A stretch of 64,000 nucleotides of DNA from Halodesulfurarchaeum sp. (GTDB lineage Archaea > Halobacteriota > Halobacteria > Halobacteriales > Halobacteriaceae). A program made the position numbers and the translations under genes. The DNA lies in the NCBI GenBank assembly GCA_034520565.1, contig JAXHNL010000001.1, positions 64,001 through 128,000 on the forward strand, given 5' to 3'. The notes beneath the pieces are model-generated. The model searched no databases, was not told the origin of the DNA, and saw only the letters and a program-made list of their open reading frames with translations. Shown here piece by piece: positions 58,698 through 64,000 of the stretch; positions within the stretch are counted from its first letter, which is position 1; each line of letters starts with the position of its first letter.

Positions 58698-59668
58698 GCG
58701 GGGTTCGCGCGGCTGACGGGATCCACATCCAAACCGAGGACGGCCGAGCAATCGCGGCCGACGCCAGCGATCCCTGCGGGGAGGTGCCAGTGCTCAGCCA
58801 CGCCCACGGCGATCACCTCTATTCGAAGCCGCCGGAAGCGGTCGTCACCTCGCCGCTGACGAGAGAACTGGCCGCAGTTCGACGGGATGGGCCTGTTCCC
58901 GACCGACTGGACCCGTCGTGGATCGAAACCCTACCGGCCGGGCACGTCCCCGGCTCCCGGGCGTTCCTGATCGAGGGTGAAAAACGAATCCTCTACACCG
59001 GGGACTGCTCGACCCGCGACCGATTCGGGATGACGGGCTTCGAGCCGGTCCGCGCTGACATACTGATCGTCGAATCCACCTACGGAAAACCGACCTATCG
59101 ATTGCCGCCACAGGACGAGGTCGAAGCGGAAATCGTCGACTGGTTGGCGGACACCCGGGATCGGCCGGTGGTGCTTCTTGGCTACGCACTCGGTCGCGCC
59201 CAGGAACTCCTCGCACTGGCCGACCGGGCAGGGCGGAGTCGGATCCGGTATTCCCCTGCGATCGAGGCGCTCAACGGGCCAATCGAGGCCGCCCGGGGCG
59301 AGCCGTTTCCCGGGCAGGTCGGAACCGATAGCAAGCCAGAGCCGGGGGACGCGTTGGTGTTGCCCGCCCAGACAGGGTCGCTGTCCTTCGTCGACCGGCT
59401 TCGCCGGAATCACGACGCGCACCTCGCCGGCTTCTCGGGGTGGGCAATCGACGAGAGTTATCGCTACGCACGGGATCTGGACGTGGCGTTCCCGCTCTCG
59501 GATCACTGCGACTTCGAGGAGTTGCTCGAAGTGGTCCGGGCGGTCGACCCCGAGCAGGTGTATACCGTCCACGGGTTCGTCGACGAACTCGCCGCTGCGA
59601 TCCAGTCGCGGCTCGGAATCCGGGCACAGTCGCTCAAGCCAAATCAGGCAACCCTCGGAGCGTTCTGA
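58694..59668 (+). CDS. MBL-fold (beta-CASP-like) nuclease coupled to ligase
   Basis: SHAHGDH, AGHVPGS, YTGD, ESTYG, YALGRAQ, LSDH, VHG; ATGA overlap. Confidence 0.9.
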   Translation: MSGVRAADGIHIQTEDGRAIAADASDPCGEVPVLSHAHGDHLYSKPPEAVVTSPLTRELAAVRRDGPVPDRLDPSWIETLPAGHVPGSRAFLIEGEKRILYTGDCSTRDRFGMTGFEPVRADILIVESTYGKPTYRLPPQDEVEAEIVDWLADTRDRPVVLLGYALGRAQELLALADRAGRSRIRYSPAIEALNGPIEAARGEPFPGQVGTDSKPEPGDALVLPAQTGSLSFVDRLRRNHDAHLAGFSGWAIDESYRYARDLDVAFPLSDHCDFEELLEVVRAVDPEQVYTVHGFVDELAAAIQSRLGIRAQSLKPNQATLGAF

Positions 59669-59762
59669 ACCGACCTGACGTGGGATGTTTTATACCAGAC
59701 GGGACCCCAGTGTGGGGTGATGGATCGGAGTCGCGGCCGCGATCCGCCCGGGGTGTGCTGAG

Positions 59763-60881
59763 ATGGTCGCGGATCTCGAGGACCGTGAGTTCGCCGAAAT
59801 GCTCGCGGCCATCTGGGAGCGTCACGGCTGGACCACCGAGGTCACCGACAGGGGCGGGGTGTTCATGGTGGCCGGCGAAAAGCCGACGGGTCGGCGCGGG
59901 CTCATCCTCGTCGCCCCGGGCGATTCTGGCCCGGTGAGTGCCGACCGACTCGAGACCCTCGACTCGCTGCGAACCGATCGGGGAATCGACGTGCCGGTGG
60001 CCGCGACGCGAGGTTCCTTCGACGAGGGGGCCCAGGAAATGGCCGAAATCAACGGGCTTCATCTGGTGGATCCACGAACCCTCGAGGAGTCGGCCTCGGC
60101 AGAAGGCTTCGAGGACCTGTTGAAGAAGTACTCGAAACGGGGACTCGTCGGTCGCCTGTTCGGACCCGTCCCCACCATTCCGCTCGGATCGATTCCCAGA
60201 CCGGGGGTATCCTCGATGGGCGTCGGCGGGAACGTGGGGATGGTCGTGGCGGCGGCAGTCGCGGTACTCGTCCTCGTCGTCCTGGGTGCCGGAACCGTCG
60301 GGGGCGGCGGCGGGAGTCTCCTGGCCGGATTACCGATTCCCGACTTCGGGGCAATCGGTGGACGACTGGGTGGCCTCCCGATCCCGGATTTCGGGCTGTT
60401 CGACGCCATCGGCGGGCTGCTCGGGGCACTGCCCCTCCCGGATATCGGACTCGGTGGCGGCGAGTACAGCGTCACGGCCGTCTCGTTGACACAAGGCGAC
60501 GCCGTGCCCGTGACCGTGGGCTGGGACGCAAAGCGCCAGGATGATATCGTCGGTCCAAACCGCACGGCCTTCGAGGCGCCCGAGAACCACACCTTCGTCG
60601 TCGTCCAGCTGAACGCCACGAACCCGGGCACCGACACCCGAATTCTCGAACCGTCGGCGTTTGCGTTCGCCACGGGTCAGACCCGCTATGGCCCCCAGCC
60701 ACTCGAGGGGGCCGAAGGCGAGTTGCCGATCATCCTGCCACCGCTCTCCTCGACGGAGGGATATCTGGTCTTCTCGGTACCCGCCGAGTCCGAATCGGGA
60801 ACGCTGCTTGCACTTCCCGGACAGGAGACGGTCCCGATGGAGTTCGATCGGGACCGATCCATCGAGTATCAGGTCCAGTAG
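59763..60881 (+). CDS. Degenerate Mrr-like domain + TM + Pro/Gly repeats + DUF4352-like Ig domain
   Basis: LEDREFAEMLAAIWERHGWTTEV..ATRGSFDEGAQEMA..LHLVD; TM; APENHTFVVVQLNATN..EGYLVFSVP. Confidence 0.65.
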   Translation: MVADLEDREFAEMLAAIWERHGWTTEVTDRGGVFMVAGEKPTGRRGLILVAPGDSGPVSADRLETLDSLRTDRGIDVPVAATRGSFDEGAQEMAEINGLHLVDPRTLEESASAEGFEDLLKKYSKRGLVGRLFGPVPTIPLGSIPRPGVSSMGVGGNVGMVVAAAVAVLVLVVLGAGTVGGGGGSLLAGLPIPDFGAIGGRLGGLPIPDFGLFDAIGGLLGALPLPDIGLGGGEYSVTAVSLTQGDAVPVTVGWDAKRQDDIVGPNRTAFEAPENHTFVVVQLNATNPGTDTRILEPSAFAFATGQTRYGPQPLEGAEGELPIILPPLSSTEGYLVFSVPAESESGTLLALPGQETVPMEFDRDRSIEYQVQ

Positions 60882-60952
60882 TACTGGACGGGAACGCGGT
60901 AACGGGCCTTTCGAAGTGTTTTTCCCCGTTCACGATGGAGTTCGAGTAACTC

Positions 60953-61041
60953 GCTGGCAGGCGGGCGCCAGCGGGCTCCCGATCACTCGGGACGGGATGT
61001 GACCCTCACGGGTTGAACCACCAACGCCCGCGGCAACCAGC
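60953..61041 (+). promoter_or_regulatory. Structured 5' leader of rpl15e (candidate eL15 ribosomal-protein leader)
   Basis: GCGGGCG/CGCCCGC closing stem, TCCCGA-TCAC-TCGGGA and GACCC-TCAC-GGGTT hairpins, GCTGG/CCAGC outer pairing. Confidence 0.65.
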
Positions 61042-61620
61042 ATGACACGAAGCGCCTATTCGTACATCAAGGAAGCGTGGCGGGATCCCGACGACGGGAA
61101 GCTCGCCGAACTGCAGTGGCAGCGAAAACAGGAGTGGCGAGACCAGGGTGCCATCGAACGGATCGAGCGCCCCACCCGCCTCGATAAAGCCCGGGACCTC
61201 GGCTACAAGGCCAAACAGGGCGTCGTTCTCGCTCGCGTGAGCGTCCGGAAAGGGACAGCCCGGAAGTCCCGCTTTACCGCCGGCCGGCGCTCCAAGCGCA
61301 CCGGCGTGAACCGGATCGGCCGGGGCAAGAACCTCCAGCGGATCGCCGAAGAGCGGGCCACCCGGAAGTTCCGGAACCTCCGCGTGCTCAACTCCTACTG
61401 GGTCGGCGAGGACGGCAGCCAGAAGTGGTTCGAAGTGATCCTTCTGGACCCGAACCACCCGGCCATCGAGAACGACGACGACCTGAACTGGATCTGCGAG
61501 GATACCCACGAGAACCGCGCCCTTCGCGGGCTCACGACCGCCGGCGACCGCGCTCGCGGGATGCTCAAGCGCGGTACCGGGTCGGAACACACCCGACCGA
61601 GCGTCGGCTCCCGGGACTGA
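61042..61620 (+). CDS. rpl15e: 50S ribosomal protein L15e
   Basis: RIERPTRLDKARDLGYKAKQG, RVLNSYWVGEDG, FEVILLDP. Confidence 0.97.
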   Translation: MTRSAYSYIKEAWRDPDDGKLAELQWQRKQEWRDQGAIERIERPTRLDKARDLGYKAKQGVVLARVSVRKGTARKSRFTAGRRSKRTGVNRIGRGKNLQRIAEERATRKFRNLRVLNSYWVGEDGSQKWFEVILLDPNHPAIENDDDLNWICEDTHENRALRGLTTAGDRARGMLKRGTGSEHTRPSVGSRD

Positions 61621-61720
61621 GGGGGAGTCAGGTTTTCCGGTTCAAAACGCCGCAGAGCCGATCGGCCGGAGCCGTGCCCCTACGTGGACGTTTATCAGGG
61701 CCCGAGTCATTAGTTGGCAT

Positions 61721-62818
61721 ATGACAACTGCGGACGGACCGCTCGCTGACGTCGCTCCGGAGAACCTGGCATCCCTCGTTCGGTCGGCCGGAGTCTCCGG
61801 CGCCGGTGGCGCCGGGTTTCCCGCCTACGCGAAGTGGGAGCGAATCGACGAGATCGACGCGATCCTGATCAATCACCAGGAGAGCGAGCCAAACTTCCTC
61901 AAGGACCGATATCTCGGCCGGGAACACGCGTCGGAACTCGCCGATCTGATCGATTGGCTGCTCGAATCGGTCGTCTCGACGGTCGTCATCGGAACGAAGG
62001 AGGCCTATCGGGGGGTCTGGCTCGGGGCTCTCGAGGAACAAACCGACGCGGCCGTCGTGGCGCCTGGGGAGTTACCGCTTTCCGTCGAATCAGGCCCCGA
62101 GGTGGTCATCGCCTGCACGGAGGACCGCTACGAGTTCGGCATGGAGAGCGTGCTCCTGCGCGCGGCCGCCGACGTGACGATCGGCCGGGATCTGCCGCTC
62201 GATCACGGCTGGCTCGTCCAGAACACCGAGTCGATGTACAACATCTCCCGGGCCCTCGCCGACGGTAAACCGGTGACGAGGAAACTGGTTCACGTCGACG
62301 GGGACACGCCCAGACACCGGTTCCTCGACGTTCCCGTCGGCACGCCGGCGACCACGCTCCTGGCCAAAGCAGGAAGACCGGGTGGTCCGGGTGGAACGGA
62401 GATTCTTGCGGACGGGGGGCCGGGCTGGAGTTTCGAAATCGAGGAGCGGCCGGACCGCTTCGGCGTCCGAAAGCGGACGAACAGCCTCCTCATCGTCGAC
62501 GAGGAGCTGGCGGCGGAAAACACGCTTGGCGGGGGTCGAATCAACATTCTCGGACCGCAGGCCTGGAAGAAGCGGAAGTTCGAGACCGAGCCCGAGCGAG
62601 TCGAGCCACCGTACGTCCGAATTCCCCTGCTGACGAACGAATCGCTCGCGGATGTGGTCTCTCGGAGCCAGCCGATCGTCTCGCCGGGCGACCGTGTCGA
62701 GCGGGGCGAGCGGATCGCCGATCCGGCCCAGGAGGGGATCAGCATCCCACAGCACGCCTCCATCGACGGCAGCGTGACCGAGGTAACGGCGACCCACGTC
62801 ACAATAGAACAAGCCTGA
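61721..62818 (+). CDS. RnfC/PduS-like flavoprotein (51-kDa NADH/FMN domain, SLBB, C-terminal barrel), no Fe-S motif
   Basis: AGVSGAGGAGFP, INHQESEP, YEFGME, DVPVGTP, GGPG, VSPGDRVERGERIA..HASIDGSV. Confidence 0.8.
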   Translation: MTTADGPLADVAPENLASLVRSAGVSGAGGAGFPAYAKWERIDEIDAILINHQESEPNFLKDRYLGREHASELADLIDWLLESVVSTVVIGTKEAYRGVWLGALEEQTDAAVVAPGELPLSVESGPEVVIACTEDRYEFGMESVLLRAAADVTIGRDLPLDHGWLVQNTESMYNISRALADGKPVTRKLVHVDGDTPRHRFLDVPVGTPATTLLAKAGRPGGPGGTEILADGGPGWSFEIEERPDRFGVRKRTNSLLIVDEELAAENTLGGGRINILGPQAWKKRKFETEPERVEPPYVRIPLLTNESLADVVSRSQPIVSPGDRVERGERIADPAQEGISIPQHASIDGSVTEVTATHVTIEQA

Positions 62819-62913
62819 ACTGAGGTAGCGAGAGTCGGGGAAATTCCGGCCACTCTCCGAATCGAGTGCGCCAAACAGGTTTCGTGGTTTGGCCGAAACG
62901 AACGCGGACCGAT

Positions 62914-63588
62914 TTATAACACGTCCGCGAAGTCCTCGTGGCTGTGGATGTCCACGCCCTCCTCGGTCACTTCGGCGACCGTCACGCCGTTCCCGCTTGC
63001 CGTGTCCCGTTCGGTGGCACTCTGGACCGCACGGGTGGCGAGTTCGATGCCCGCCTCGTGGGAGAGGTCCGCCTCGTACTCCTGTTCGAGCACCCCGAGC
63101 GCGAACTGCATTCCGCTGCCGGTGACGACGTAGTCGTCTTCGCTCAGTCCACCCATCGGATCGATGCTGTACACGTGGGGCCCGGTTTCATCGACGCCAC
63201 CGAGGATCGGGTTGATCATGAAGAAGGGGCCGCCACGGAGGAAGTTCGAGGCGAGCGTCGCGAGGGCGTTGATCTTCATCGTCACGCCCCGGCGTGCCTC
63301 ATAGAGGCTCGCTTCCGCCCGGATGGAGCGGATGAACGATTGCGCGCCGCCGACCGAGCCAACCATGGTCAAAGCGGCTCTGTCGTGAATCTGCTCGACT
63401 TTGATCACGTTCTTGTTCGAGACGATCCGGCCGCCCAGGCTCGCCCGCCGATCGGTCGCGATCACGACGGAATCGGCCGTCGTGACCCCGACCGACGTGG
63501 TGCCGGTCTCGGTGTGCTGGACCTCGCTCCCCCCGGCTTCCTCGGGCACTGAGCCAAGCTCGGGTTCGTACGGGTCCTGCAGGTTCAT
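62914..63588 (-). CDS. psmB: 20S proteasome beta subunit
   Basis: 29-aa propeptide then TG|TTSVG, ATDRRAS, GSG, RDTASG. Confidence 0.95.
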   Translation of the reverse strand: MNLQDPYEPELGSVPEEAGGSEVQHTETGTTSVGVTTADSVVIATDRRASLGGRIVSNKNVIKVEQIHDRAALTMVGSVGGAQSFIRSIRAEASLYEARRGVTMKINALATLASNFLRGGPFFMINPILGGVDETGPHVYSIDPMGGLSEDDYVVTGSGMQFALGVLEQEYEADLSHEAGIELATRAVQSATERDTASGNGVTVAEVTEEGVDIHSHEDFADVL

Positions 63589-64000
63589 TCCTCGTCCTCC
63601 TCCTCGATCGCTTCGAGGTGGGTCGCGATCTCGGATTCGGCGAGCCGCGCGTAGGTCGCCGTCTCGGTCTCGATCGCACCCATCGCCAGTTCGGCGGCTT
63701 CGAGGGGTTCGTCCCGAGTCTGAGCGAGTGCCGAAAGCGCCAGTTCGATGCCCTCATCGAGGGAGAGGTCCGGCGTCCAGTGCTCTTCGAGGTAGTCCTG
63801 GATTTCGGCCCGGTCGTCGCCGATGGCGACGGCCTTCCACTCGTTGGGGGTGCCACTCGGGTCGGTCTCGAAGAGGCGTGGTTCGCCGTTCGAAACCCCA
63901 CCGATCAGGAGGGCGGCACCGAAGGGGCGCACGCCTCCCATCTGAGTGTACTGCTGAATGTTGTCCGTGACCGCCTTGGTTAGGACCTCGGTGTCGATCG
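63585..64000 (-). CDS. psmA: 20S proteasome alpha subunit (C-terminal part; runs off window end)
   Basis: QQYTQMGGVRPFGAALLIGG, LFETDPSG, WKAVAIG. Confidence 0.93.
   Translation of the reverse strand, partial: IDTEVLTKAVTDNIQQYTQMGGVRPFGAALLIGGVSNGEPRLFETDPSGTPNEWKAVAIGDDRAEIQDYLEEHWTPDLSLDEGIELALSALAQTRDEPLEAAELAMGAIETETATYARLAESEIATHLEAIEEEDEE

Overview
GC-rich haloarchaeal (Halobacteria) chromosomal segment with acidic proteins; mostly core genome. It carries ppa, rnhA, tfb, GGGP synthase, aspS, pantoate kinase/phosphopantothenate synthetase, dcd, pth2, truD, rpl37ae-rpoP-pcc1, pfdB, guaAa, a leuA/cimA homolog, minD, cdrS-ftsZ2, ncsA, nfo, rio2, ATP-dependent ligase, rpl15e and proteasome alpha/beta, plus tRNA-Ser(CGA) and tRNA-Tyr(GTA). 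I found no CRISPR array, integrase or transposase. The most notable observations: (1) two type IV pilus-like ATPase/platform pairs, one with intact motifs and pilin-like genes, the other full-length but missing Walker A, the acidic box and the His box. (2) A 53.8-60.9 kb cluster of DNA-handling genes, several membrane-anchored: stand-alone Zn finger, tail-anchored HerA/DUF87 ATPase, TM-RmuC nuclease, ligase, MBL nuclease, and a degenerate Mrr-TM-Ig fusion. (3) Copies of the tRNA-Tyr 3' end at about 150-bp spacing, with hairpins, bordering a small accessory islet. (4) Two intergenic tandem repeats and structured leaders upstream of cdrS and rpl15e. Four genes (pilin-like, tfb, pps, pfdB) carry apparent single-base frameshifts, most simply explained as assembly errors. 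All family calls come from reading motifs by eye; no searches were run.
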